This document shows positions 56,801 through 64,000 of a stretch of DNA of 64,000 nucleotides, in pieces (position 1 is the stretch's first letter; the number at the start of each line of letters is the position of its first letter). This stretch comes from Flavobacteriales bacterium (GTDB lineage: Bacteria; Bacteroidota; Bacteroidia; Palsa-965). A model generated the notes under the pieces. That model did no database searches. It saw nothing but the letters and a program-made list of their open reading frames with translations, and was not told the DNA's origin. Made by a program: the position numbers and the translations under genes. The stretch covers positions 32,001 through 96,000 of the forward strand of contig JBEIPA010000007.1 of the NCBI GenBank assembly GCA_040377305.1, in the 5' to 3' direction.

Positions 56801-59135
56801 CGTTGAGTGTTACTGCAAGTACGTTCGGTTCTGTGATTACCACCGTTGAGTTGCGCGTACATCCGTTCGCATCTGTAACTGTTAGCGTGTATGAACCGGC
56901 ACACAATCCGGTGATCGAGGAAGTAGTTTGTCCACCGGGCATCCATAGGTAAGTGTAACCCGGAGTTCCTCCAGTAGGACTTGAGTTTGCTGTTCCATTG
57001 CATTGTCCAAAACACAAAACGTCTGTACTCGTTACACCCGTTTGCAGTTGTTGCGGTTGTGTGATGATGGCGGTGCCTGTTGCAGTACAACCATTGAGGT
57101 CAGTAACTGTGACTGTATAATTACCCGGGCAAAGCGGAGTAGTAGTGGAACCTGTTCCACCTGACGCTGCCCATGAATAAGTATATCCTGGAGTTCCACC
57201 TGATGGTGTACTTGTTCCTGTTCCGTTACATGCACCAAAACAGGTTACATCAATATCAGTTACGTTAGCAAGAAGTACTGGCGGCTCGGTAATTAATACT
57301 TGTCCCTGCACAGTGCATCCGTTGTTGTCTGTTACAACTACCGTGTAAGTTCCCGGACATAAATTGGAAGCAGTTGGACCTGTTCCACCCACAGGTGACC
57401 ATAGATAGGTGTACGGCGCGCTTCCGCCAGAAGCATTTGCTGCTGCAGTTCCGTTACATGCACCGTTGCACGTAATGTTTGTTCCGGTAGGAGTTACGTT
57501 GAGCGGAAAAGGTTCGCTTACTACTACAGTTCGTGTCGCAGTACAACCATTCGCATCAGTAACCGTTAATGTGTATGAACCTGCGCACAAACCGGAGATG
57601 TTCGGCGTAGTTTGCAATCCGGGTAACCAGAGATAGGTGTAGCCTGGAGTTCCACCTGATGCAGCGGTTGTAATTGATCCATCGCATACACCGAAACATG
57701 AAGCATTGATCACTGTATTTTGAGCAGTGAGCAGTGGGGGTTCGGTGATCTGAACGGAATACGTTGCTGTACAACCATTGTTATCCGTCACGGTGCAGGT
57801 GTGTGTACTCGGACAAAGGTTGATAATGGAGTTAGCTGTTGATCCGCTTGGTGACCACGAGAAAGTATAGCCCGGAGTTGCACCTGATGGAGCAACACTT
57901 GCAGTGCCGTCGCAAGCACCAAAGCAAGTAACCATTGATGCACTTCCATTTGGTTGCAATGCACTAGGTTGAACAATTACAGAGTTCTGCGTTCGCGTAC
58001 AACCGTTGATATCGGTAACCATGAGTGTGTACGTTCCCGCACACTGAGCAGTAATTGCCGGAGTGGTTTGGTTACCTGGCGACCAGAGATAGGTATATCC
58101 GGGAGTTCCGCCTGCTACTGAAGCAGAACTGGAACCATCACAAAACCCGTTACACGTTGGTTGCGTATTCGAGAAGAAAATTACAAGCGGAGGAGGATCT
58201 GTTACAATTGCGAATGCAGGAACCTGTGATCCATCCGACATGTCCGTAACAACAACAAGATATGTTCCTGCACAAAGACCAGTTGCCGTTGGACCTGTTT
58301 GAACAGGAACAGTACTCCACTGGTAAGTGAATGGACCCACACCACCTGTTACAACCGCAGTTGCTGTTGCGAAACAATCGCCATTGCATGCATTGGGAAC
58401 AACAACAGTGGTTACCGTGTGAGCAAGTACAGTTTGATTGTTTCCTCCAATGCGTTGCGCGTCGAGATCTGCATTCGCTGTGATGAAGGATGAATTTGGT
58501 GAGTACACAACATCCGGGTAAGCGGTTTTGTTGGAACTGACAGAAGCAACTTTTGCATTTTCACTGAGGTATAAAGTTGCGCGATCACTAATTTCAATTG
58601 TATTGTTCACATACAATGAATGTGAAACCATGTAACTGTTCACGTTCTGGTTCTTTGCGTGTCCACCAATAACCACTTTGCCCGAGAACACGTGGCCGTT
58701 GGTATTTATCAGAGGCAGTCGGCTGTCATATGCAATGGAATTTTCATTGTAGAAATACCATGTGCCCGTGAACAAATCAGGAAAACGGTTTCCACACGTT
58801 AAGTCGCCATGGATGTTAATGGTACCAATGCCTTTTAATGCAAGAGGGCTGACGGATGCACCACCTGCGTTAGGAGCTTCCACGTTGAGTGAAAGATTGT
58901 TGCAATCGACCTCCGTGTTGATGAAAATGGTATCAGGAGTGCGTGTATAGATTTGCTGACCGATGAAGACATTATCTTCTAAACCCGGAATCCCAACACC
59001 ACCCGTTCCGTTTTTTTCAAGGGACCAATTCGCTGCATCATTCCAGTTACCGGAGTTGCCAACCCAGTAAAAATCTCTGCCGTACGCAAATACAGACAAG
59101 CCAAGCAGCAGAAAGAAAAGTAAACGCTGTTTCAA
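50820..59135 (-). CDS. Giant SprB-repeat surface protein (~2770 aa) with gliding-motility (type B) T9SS CTD
   Basis: Roughly 30 Cys-containing ~78-aa repeats (C.G.C.G..GG.PPYTY.W..TVTD.NGC); FTPNGDG.ND..GTYYY CTD; probable TTG start at 59135 before the signal peptide. Confidence 0.92.
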   Translation of the reverse strand: MKQRLLFFLLLGLSVFAYGRDFYWVGNSGNWNDAANWSLEKNGTGGVGIPGLEDNVFIGQQIYTRTPDTIFINTEVDCNNLSLNVEAPNAGGASVSPLALKGIGTINIHGDLTCGNRFPDLFTGTWYFYNENSIAYDSRLPLINTNGHVFSGKVVIGGHAKNQNVNSYMVSHSLYVNNTIEISDRATLYLSENAKVASVSSNKTAYPDVVYSPNSSFITANADLDAQRIGGNNQTVLAHTVTTVVVPNACNGDCFATATAVVTGGVGPFTYQWSTVPVQTGPTATGLCAGTYLVVVTDMSDGSQVPAFAIVTDPPPLVIFFSNTQPTCNGFCDGSSSASVAGGTPGYTYLWSPGNQTTPAITAQCAGTYTLMVTDINGCTRTQNSVIVQPSALQPNGSASMVTCFGACDGTASVAPSGATPGYTFSWSPSGSTANSIINLCPSTHTCTVTDNNGCTATYSVQITEPPLLTAQNTVINASCFGVCDGSITTAASGGTPGYTYLWLPGLQTTPNISGLCAGSYTLTVTDANGCTATRTVVVSEPFPLNVTPTGTNITCNGACNGTAAANASGGSAPYTYLWSPVGGTGPTASNLCPGTYTVVVTDNNGCTVQGQVLITEPPVLLANVTDIDVTCFGACNGTGTSTPSGGTPGYTYSWAASGGTGSTTTPLCPGNYTVTVTDLNGCTATGTAIITQPQQLQTGVTSTDVLCFGQCNGTANSSPTGGTPGYTYLWMPGGQTTSSITGLCAGSYTLTVTDANGCTRNSTVVITEPNVLAVTLNASNLTCNSVCNATLSANVSGGTAAYTYLWNPGNQTTAAITNQCAGSYTVTVTDANGCTAQANVTITQPTALTIQQSVTDVTCNGLCNGAASVSASGGTPAYTYVWSPGGQTTPGITNQCAGTYTCLITDALGCTGSVTITITEPQAIANNVTSVNASCSGVCNGTANANPAGGTGPYSYLWMPGSLTTQNVSGLCAGSYTLTVTDANGCTQQSIISITQPQPLSAAVTATSSSCGLCTGSASVNVAGGTSPYAYFWSPAGGTNPTATNLCLGTYTCTVTDAQGCTTTASVTITQVVNITITSSGSTPSCFGVCDAVASANASGGANPYTYLWQPGNFTTQNITGLCAGTWTVTATDANGCFSTTQITFNNPPQLVVTGATTNVSCNSLCDGTASASAIGGTGSYTYLWLPGGQTTQTITNQCAGSYTCTINDSLSCDTTIIVTITEPTLITANGSVTDANCTLCDGTISTTASGGSGPLTYSWSPSAATTSGITNLCPGIYTVTITDSTGCATNTQFAVSNINGPTLSSSSTNATCDSTCDGTATTVVTGGAGPFSYDWLPGNPTGDGTPAVTGICADTIFVQVTDAVGCITFDQIIITDPPAIQVVGFPTGCSCNAVCDGSATVTVTGGTAGYTFLWMPGGQTTQTISAQCAGSYTVTVTDANGCTETITVTITEPAPMLLNITSTNIVCNAQCNGTAISTITGGSAPFSYIWSAGPIVSSIVNLCPGTYTLNVSDINGCTNVDSVTITEPPALQQSVSSTDALCNGNCDGTAGTTVTGGVPGYLYMWSPGGQTTPAVNGLCAGAYSITSTDSNGCQIVNSVTILQPTSMVLSMGAAPVSCFGSCDGFASVNPSGGAPGYTYNWSPSGGTAITATGLCSGGYTVTVTDNNGCIQTNTATITSPSLLQANTSFTSPSCGGGADGTATATPVGGTGPYQYLWAPGGQTTSTISGISSGTYTVTVRDANGCTDVQVVTVTPAASFSLSVASAPANCGVCNGTMNVSPSGGAAPYTYAWTGGLPPVANQVNVCAGLYTVTVTDALGCQDTFVIAMNNSGGPTGENVITTGTSCPNICDGTANVTPVGGTSPYTYLWNPGGQTTNILAGMCGGNYFLQMTDSNACIRFAPVTITSPPQILANVFVSNASCNGVSDGSATANPSGGTGPYSYLWMPGGQTTATIVGQAVGSYTLTITDASGCTQIDTISIGAWNTLTASTLASGPTCNAVCDGWATVNISSGMAPFTYQWNDPLGQNSSTATGLCIGTYQVMVSDAAGCSATSTVTISQPSAIVINPAVIPTTCGQCNGNITLNASGGVPPYTYLWSNGSTSSSPGGLCAGVYSVVITDGTGCTNTFSIAVPSSGGVTSSGLVTTDVTCFGANDGTAIVNPVGGIPPYTYLWVPGAQTTSTVNGLAAGTYYVQIMDSAGCVFTDSAVISSPTQIIANQTIINTDCGFCLGQISLNPSGGTGPYTYLWAPGGQTTSTITGLCAGLYTVTITDATGCTRNVVIPISNVNSSVVMNTSASNVVCFGDCNGQGYVTVTGGAGPFTYNWSTGATIDTANGLCPGTYFIQVTDVNGCISTGAVNIGQPSQLATSFPFTTAEMCTGACDGSIMALASGGTLPYTYVWNPTAQTTQTAINLCSMGYTCTITDANGCTTTTSDSIVSPNVLVLGAPVVVDALCNNSPDGSIDITVSGGATPYTFVWTGPAPFTAATEDVTGVISGSYTVLITDANGCSTLDTIVVGAQTTIFADAGNDTSACVAGQILLDGSLSANALTYTWTDLAGNIVGSSVTTTVAPTTGVNTYILTVNNNGCTDTDTVLVTSLPQPLADAGPDQSILQGTTTTIGGTPAGPGGATFAWGPSTGLGDPSTGNPVAGPMTSTTYILVVTDSTGCTASDTMVLDIVPSIWFPDGFTPNGDGTNDIWEIDNIFLFPECEIEVYDRWGIMLFRSVGYNTPFDGQYNGKDLPVGTYYYIIKLNDPMFPEVFTGPLTIMR

Positions 59136-59315
59136 ATGTATTTCGATATGAGGTGTGTGCCGTTTGCCGTAAAGTTCGGATAATGTGGTTCCACCAAAAG
59201 AAGATTCGCGGTTAAACTTTAACAGCGAAATGTGGAAAGTGCTCCAAAGGAGCTCCTTCGTAGCGGGGGTTACCTTTCTTAGCCTAACTTTGTACTCGAA
59301 ATATAGCCAATCTCC

Positions 59316-59522
59316 TTGACAAATCACAGCGAAAACCCAGCGAAAACGTCAGAAATCCGCGTTCTGATCAACATAGACTCACATTTTCTGGACGAGAAGG
59401 AGATCCGTTCTGCTGCACGCTTCGGAAAAGGGACGAAGATATTCCTGAATAACGGGGAAGAAATCGTTGTGAATGTGTCTTATGATCGGGTTGCGGACAT
59501 CCTGAGCAATCTTTCGAAGTAA
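59316..59522 (+). CDS. Small protein resembling FlbD or a LytTR half-domain
   Basis: TAACTTTG box at 59285-59292; TKIFLNNGEEIVVNVSYDRV motif. Confidence 0.55.
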   Translation: MTNHSENPAKTSEIRVLINIDSHFLDEKEIRSAARFGKGTKIFLNNGEEIVVNVSYDRVADILSNLSK

Positions 59523-59611
59523 GATTTTCAGCTTTAGACGAATACATTCGTTCTACGTTCCGGTCATTTCCTAAATTGCTGTCAAGCTCCGAAGGAGTCA
59601 CATGACAAATA

Positions 59612-60970
59612 ATGACTATGAACAAACTGATACTTTTTTTCTCAGCGATTTTCTTTTCGGTTGTTGCATCTGCACAATCACCGGCTTGCAATGGCGCGGT
59701 TGACCTTAATTCCACCAACGCATTTCAGGGCGCAGCCCAGTCGCCGGATCCGGTTGTAGACTATGGTTGCATTAATACCAACGGACAGTACGTTTGGTAT
59801 GGATACTTTACCGTGTGTTCTCCGGGGAATGTTACTATTTCAACATCAACCGGAAACTCTTCGATTGACGTTGACCTGGTTGTTTGGGGTCCATTTGTGA
59901 CAACGGGAATTTTGTGTTCTCAACTTACAGCGGGAACTGTTGCGGCCTGCGATACCATGGGTGGTAATGGCGAGTCAGTGACATTCAGTGCGCCCATTCA
60001 GGGACTGACGTACATGGTGGCGGTAGTGGCAGACTCCAATCTGTGGGTTCCGTTGTATAACACAGCAGGATCGACTGCGATATTTAACACGCCGTGTTCA
60101 ACCTGGACGAATTGTTTTCCAAATGCCGGATACGAAAGTTTGTGTTATGTAACTGTCGATTCCGCTACACAAGAGTATAAAATGATCTGGAATGAATTGG
60201 CTGGTAATCCCGCTTCACACTTCGGAATTCTCAAAGCAGATTACCTCGGTATTTTCCAGGAGATTGATACAGTTCATGTGACTTCAATGAGTGAATACAT
60301 TGACGTGAGTGCCGACCCCAATGTGCACACGGAGCAATATGCAATTATGACTTACGATACGTGCGGAACATTCTGGCAAGCGAGCGGAACTTATATCCAA
60401 CCTGTATTCTGTCAATCTTCGCTCAGTACGCAGGGAACAGTGAATGTTGCCTGGAGCGGATACTTCGACGGTAACATGAATGGGCCGGCGTATTACGTTG
60501 TGTATCGTGGTGCAACTCCTGCGACTATGGTCTCGATTGATACCGTGGCGAATTTCGTGAATTATTACACCGATGTGAATCCACTGATCGGTACGAGCTA
60601 TTACAAAATCGGTGTGGCCTTGTACGCCGCTTGTGTACCGATGCGATTACAACAAAGCGCACAAACAAATTACTTCGTGCAATCGTTCTCGAATGCTGCT
60701 CCAATCACTGTTGTTGGCATCGGAGAAAATTCTCTGCAGGAAGTTTCTCTGTTCCCGAATCCATCGGATGGAAATATTACTGTGAAAAATCTAAATTCTG
60801 TTTCTACCATGAGAGTTTACGATCTCACAGGAAGAGTGGTTGTTCAGCAACAGCTTCATGCGAATGGAACGCAGCAAGTTTCATTGGAGAATCTTGAGTC
60901 GGGAATGTATTCGTTCACGATTGAGAGCGAGACTGGATTCTTCCGTGAAGAGGTTGTAATACGTCGTTAG
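59612..60970 (+). CDS. Cys-rich secreted protein with T9SS type A CTD
   Basis: Signal peptide, D.DLVVWGPF motif, LCYVTVD, FPNPSDG...SGMY CTD. Confidence 0.88.
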   Translation: MTMNKLILFFSAIFFSVVASAQSPACNGAVDLNSTNAFQGAAQSPDPVVDYGCINTNGQYVWYGYFTVCSPGNVTISTSTGNSSIDVDLVVWGPFVTTGILCSQLTAGTVAACDTMGGNGESVTFSAPIQGLTYMVAVVADSNLWVPLYNTAGSTAIFNTPCSTWTNCFPNAGYESLCYVTVDSATQEYKMIWNELAGNPASHFGILKADYLGIFQEIDTVHVTSMSEYIDVSADPNVHTEQYAIMTYDTCGTFWQASGTYIQPVFCQSSLSTQGTVNVAWSGYFDGNMNGPAYYVVYRGATPATMVSIDTVANFVNYYTDVNPLIGTSYYKIGVALYAACVPMRLQQSAQTNYFVQSFSNAAPITVVGIGENSLQEVSLFPNPSDGNITVKNLNSVSTMRVYDLTGRVVVQQQLHANGTQQVSLENLESGMYSFTIESETGFFREEVVIRR

Positions 60971-61584
60971 GCCACCGCGAGGAACGCAAAAATAAATTCA
61001 ACCGTAAATCCGAGTACAAAGCCCACGAGAATTTGCAGTGGTGTATGCGCGTTGAGAATAAGGCGTGCTGTTCCGAGGAGGCCGGCAAGTATAAACCACG
61101 AACACAACCAGACCGGATCGCCTTCCTGCATGAAGTAATAAACTGCAGTGAGCGCGCCACACAATCCGCCCATGCCAATCATGTGCAGGCTGATTTTCCA
61201 TTTGAGATTAATCACCAATGCAAGAATCATTGCTCCCGCTGCTCCAAGTACGAAAACGGAGATGAACATCGGCACGCGTGGGTGGTTCAGTATGAAGTAG
61301 TACGTGAAGAGATAGATTGCTGCCGCCATCAGCAACGGCCAGCTGCGTTCGCGTTTTTCCTCAATGAAAACAGTGGAGACTTTTCCCATGCGCATCATCA
61401 CGAGCACGCTCATGAGCGGAATGAAAAGTGTGAACAGCAAAACGCGCAAAAAAATCTGCATGAACAAACTCGTGTCGCTGAACTGCGCAATGGTCGGGAA
61501 GAGCGAGTAGTAGCACAGTAATCCGAATGTCGGCATCACTAACGGATGCAACACAACAGAAATGACCTGTGATGCTAGACGCAT
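60967..61584 (-). CDS. PAP2-like membrane protein downstream of rpoN
   Basis: HPLVMP, ER..P, WKISLH..G.GG, ARL.L.AHT..Q...G. Confidence 0.85.
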   Translation of the reverse strand: MRLASQVISVVLHPLVMPTFGLLCYYSLFPTIAQFSDTSLFMQIFLRVLLFTLFIPLMSVLVMMRMGKVSTVFIEEKRERSWPLLMAAAIYLFTYYFILNHPRVPMFISVFVLGAAGAMILALVINLKWKISLHMIGMGGLCGALTAVYYFMQEGDPVWLCSWFILAGLLGTARLILNAHTPLQILVGFVLGFTVEFIFAFLAVA

Positions 61585-61594
61585 TCGTACGTCT

Positions 61595-63088
61595 CTATAT
61601 TTCTTTGCGTAGGCGTGCAACCGGAATTTCCAGCTGTTCACGGTATTTCGCAACCGTACGACGCGCGATGTTGTATCCTTTGTCTTTCAGGATTTTGGCA
61701 AGTGCATCGTCGGTCAGCGGGCGACGTTTATTCTCGGCACCAATGCAATCAGACAGAATTTTCTTCACCTCACGGGTTGAAACTTCTTCACCTGAATCAG
61801 TTGACAGCGATTCCGAGAAGAACGTTTTCAGAAGGAAAGTGCCAAATTGCGTTTGCACATATTTACTGTTTGCAACACGTGAAACAGTAGAAATATCGAG
61901 ACCAATCCGGTCGGCGATATCTTTCAGAATCATTGGGCGCAAATGCGTTTCATCGCCATCCAGGAAATACTCATACTGGTATTCCATAATGCACTGCATC
62001 GTCAGCAACAAAGTCTGCTGGCGTTGTTTCAATGCATCGATGAACCACTTTGCTGAATCAATTTTCTGTCGGATAAATGTTACCGCCTCTTTGCTGCTCT
62101 TGTCTTTACTGCGCGCGTATTCACCCAGCATCTGTCCGTACATTCCGCTTACGCGAAGTTCCGGCATGTTGCGTTCGTTGAGTGCGAGCTCCAGTTTTCC
62201 ATCGGTATTGTAAATGATGAAATCCGGAATTACATCCTGCACGGCACGTTGTGTGTCGCTTGCTGCTCCACCCGGACGCGGATTAAGCGTGATAATTTCT
62301 TTGATAATCTGCTTCAGTGATTCTTCTTCCACACCCAGTCGACGTGCAATTTTGTCGTAGTGTTTCTTGGAGAACTCTTCCATGTGTTCTTTGATGACAC
62401 GCATGGCCAGAATGATTTCAGCAGATTTCGGATTCTTTCTCTGCAACTGAAGCAACAAGCATTCCTGTAAGTCCCGTGCACCAACTCCCGGAGGATCGAA
62501 GGTTTGAATCACTTGTAACACTTCAAGCAATTCTTCTTCGTTGGTTGAGATGTTCAGAGAGAAAGCGATATCGTCGACAATTGCCGCAAGCTCGCGACGC
62601 ATGTAACCATCTTCGTCAATGTTACCAATGAGATATGTTCCAACCTGATAGTGATGATCATCTAGTGGCTGCAAACCTAGTTGCGAAACCAATTGTTCGG
62701 TGAAGCCCGGGCCTTGTGCTAATGGCGCTTCTTTTCGCTCTTCGTCTGGACCGGAATTGTTCGTCTGCTCTTTATAAGAGTAGGCCTCATCCTCGTCCAT
62801 GTAATCGTCGATGTCGAACTTATCTTCTTCAGTTGGTGCTTCTTTTTCTTCGGAGGTCTCGCTATCGCTATCGTTGTCCTCGTCCGCGAGTCCATCTTCA
62901 TCCTCTTCGTTGTTGTCGAGCTCTTCCTCCTCGTTTTCTTCTCCTTCTTCAAGAGCAGGATTAATTTCCATCTCTTCCTTGATTCGTTGCTCAAGAGCAA
63001 CCGTTGGAAGCTGCAGCATTTTCATGAGCTGAATCTGCTGCGGGGATAGCTTCTGAAGTAATTTTTGCTGTAGGCTTTGACGTAACAT
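61595..63088 (-). CDS. rpoN: RNA polymerase sigma-54 factor
   Basis: Q/L-rich region I, DPPGVGAR.L.ECL, STVSR, RpoN box ARRTVAKYRE. Confidence 0.98.
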   Translation of the reverse strand: MLRQSLQQKLLQKLSPQQIQLMKMLQLPTVALEQRIKEEMEINPALEEGEENEEEELDNNEEDEDGLADEDNDSDSETSEEKEAPTEEDKFDIDDYMDEDEAYSYKEQTNNSGPDEERKEAPLAQGPGFTEQLVSQLGLQPLDDHHYQVGTYLIGNIDEDGYMRRELAAIVDDIAFSLNISTNEEELLEVLQVIQTFDPPGVGARDLQECLLLQLQRKNPKSAEIILAMRVIKEHMEEFSKKHYDKIARRLGVEEESLKQIIKEIITLNPRPGGAASDTQRAVQDVIPDFIIYNTDGKLELALNERNMPELRVSGMYGQMLGEYARSKDKSSKEAVTFIRQKIDSAKWFIDALKQRQQTLLLTMQCIMEYQYEYFLDGDETHLRPMILKDIADRIGLDISTVSRVANSKYVQTQFGTFLLKTFFSESLSTDSGEEVSTREVKKILSDCIGAENKRRPLTDDALAKILKDKGYNIARRTVAKYREQLEIPVARLRKEI

Positions 63089-63170
63089 AGGCAGGTATTA
63101 TTAGCCAAATTACGAAAATCAGGCACAAATGTTCCGTTTGGAACGATTTTTGTAGGATATAATAACAATT

Positions 63171-63209
63171 AAACAAGCCATCCTGCTGAAAAGCATGGAT
63201 GGCTTGTTT
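63171..63209. terminator. Intrinsic terminator hairpin
   Basis: aaacaagccatcc...ggatggcttgttt. Confidence 0.7.
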
Positions 63210-63284
63210 GTTTTGGGCGATAGATTGACGGAAAAAAGTTTTGAACGGGAGTGAAACTTTGATCCTGATCGTGCAGCTTAGTCG

Positions 63285-63725
63285 TTACTTTTTCGGCACT
63301 ATCCCGAAGACGAACGTCCGTTCAGCCGACTTTAATTTGCCTGTCTTTAAGTCATTGAAATAAACGTTTACCGACATTTCCTTACCGTTGAAACAGTTAA
63401 TTGCAAAGCAGCCATTCTCCATCGGATTAATTTCAAAGAAAATTCTGTTGCGATACAAATAGTAAGAACCACTGTAGGAGGAGCCGTCTGATTTTTCAAA
63501 TGTGACGGAAGTTGAATCGAACGTGACCCATTGATAGGGGCTTCCCGGAACTTCGTATTTCTTCCTGGTGAAAATAATGGTATCGAGCCTAAACTTGTTG
63601 CTCGACAGATTCGCGATGGCAACAGAATCAAGACACGAATCATTATCTACGTGTTGAGCATGCAGGAAGTGACCTGTGAAAAGGACACACACGACAACAA
63701 AGAAGAACCTAACAAATATTTTCAT
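63285..63725 (-). CDS. Exported hypothetical protein
   Basis: Signal peptide MKIFVRFFFVVVC...; beta-rich. Confidence 0.65.
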   Translation of the reverse strand: MKIFVRFFFVVVCVLFTGHFLHAQHVDNDSCLDSVAIANLSSNKFRLDTIIFTRKKYEVPGSPYQWVTFDSTSVTFEKSDGSSYSGSYYLYRNRIFFEINPMENGCFAINCFNGKEMSVNVYFNDLKTGKLKSAERTFVFGIVPKK

Positions 63726-63787
63726 GATTGTCTTCGAAGTATACTGTGGCATTAACAGACATTGGTTTCAGATTAATTTCACAATAC

Positions 63788-64000
63788 TTACTTACCCGTT
63801 TTGTCGGCAGCCTTGATTCGATCCGGGTGTTGTACGAGGTATTCCGCATTCAGTTCTTTTACGCATTCATCCGTTACATCCAAATGTTGATTTGCATAAA
63901 TAATTGGCATGCCGGTACCATACATTAATACGTAATCGACATTGTGCGTTTCTGCGTATTTCCGGAAGTAGAGTGCCACAATTTCGGAAATGGAATCATT
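63788..64000 (-). CDS. OmpH/Skp-family protein, C-terminal part (truncated by window)
   Basis: Y.....DYVL......I.YAN..LDVTD.....LN pattern. Confidence 0.7.
   Translation of the reverse strand, partial: NDSISEIVALYFRKYAETHNVDYVLMYGTGMPIIYANQHLDVTDECVKELNAEYLVQHPDRIKAADKTGK

Noticed and set aside
59136-59327. N-terminal extension of the giant adhesin ORF
   Set aside because: The signal peptide starts at TTG 59135; the extension overlaps a divergent promoter and gene
62780-62990. Low-complexity TC-rich stretch
   Set aside because: It encodes the normal acidic region II of sigma-54

Overview
Chromosomal window from a Bacteroidota bacterium, judged by T9SS C-terminal domains, PorP/SprF, a SprB-type adhesin and TAnnTTTG promoter boxes. 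Housekeeping genes include slyD, ybdL, an omega-amidase, msrC-like GAF, comF, xth, panD, rfaE2, radA, rpoN and tRNA-Gln. There are six T9SS cargo genes, one a ~2770-aa SprB-repeat protein with its own PorP/SprF. I saw no transposase, integrase, reverse transcriptase or CRISPR array. Most notable: (1) a GLIC-like pentameric ligand-gated ion channel between the aminotransferase and omega-amidase genes; (2) a VIT-vWA protein fused to a TonB-receptor-like beta-barrel; (3) many small inverted-repeat elements sitting on or beside stop codons or a tRNA 3' end, including CAGTAG-armed elements, a TIR-flanked GxxExxY nuclease cassette with gene-less relatives, paired ~135-bp palindromes and a tRNA-linked hairpin element; (4) a tandem duplication carrying a synonymously recoded alternative 3' end of a peptidase gene. 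Assignments come from motif recognition by eye; no searches were run. Several start codons were moved from the ORF track to more plausible positions.
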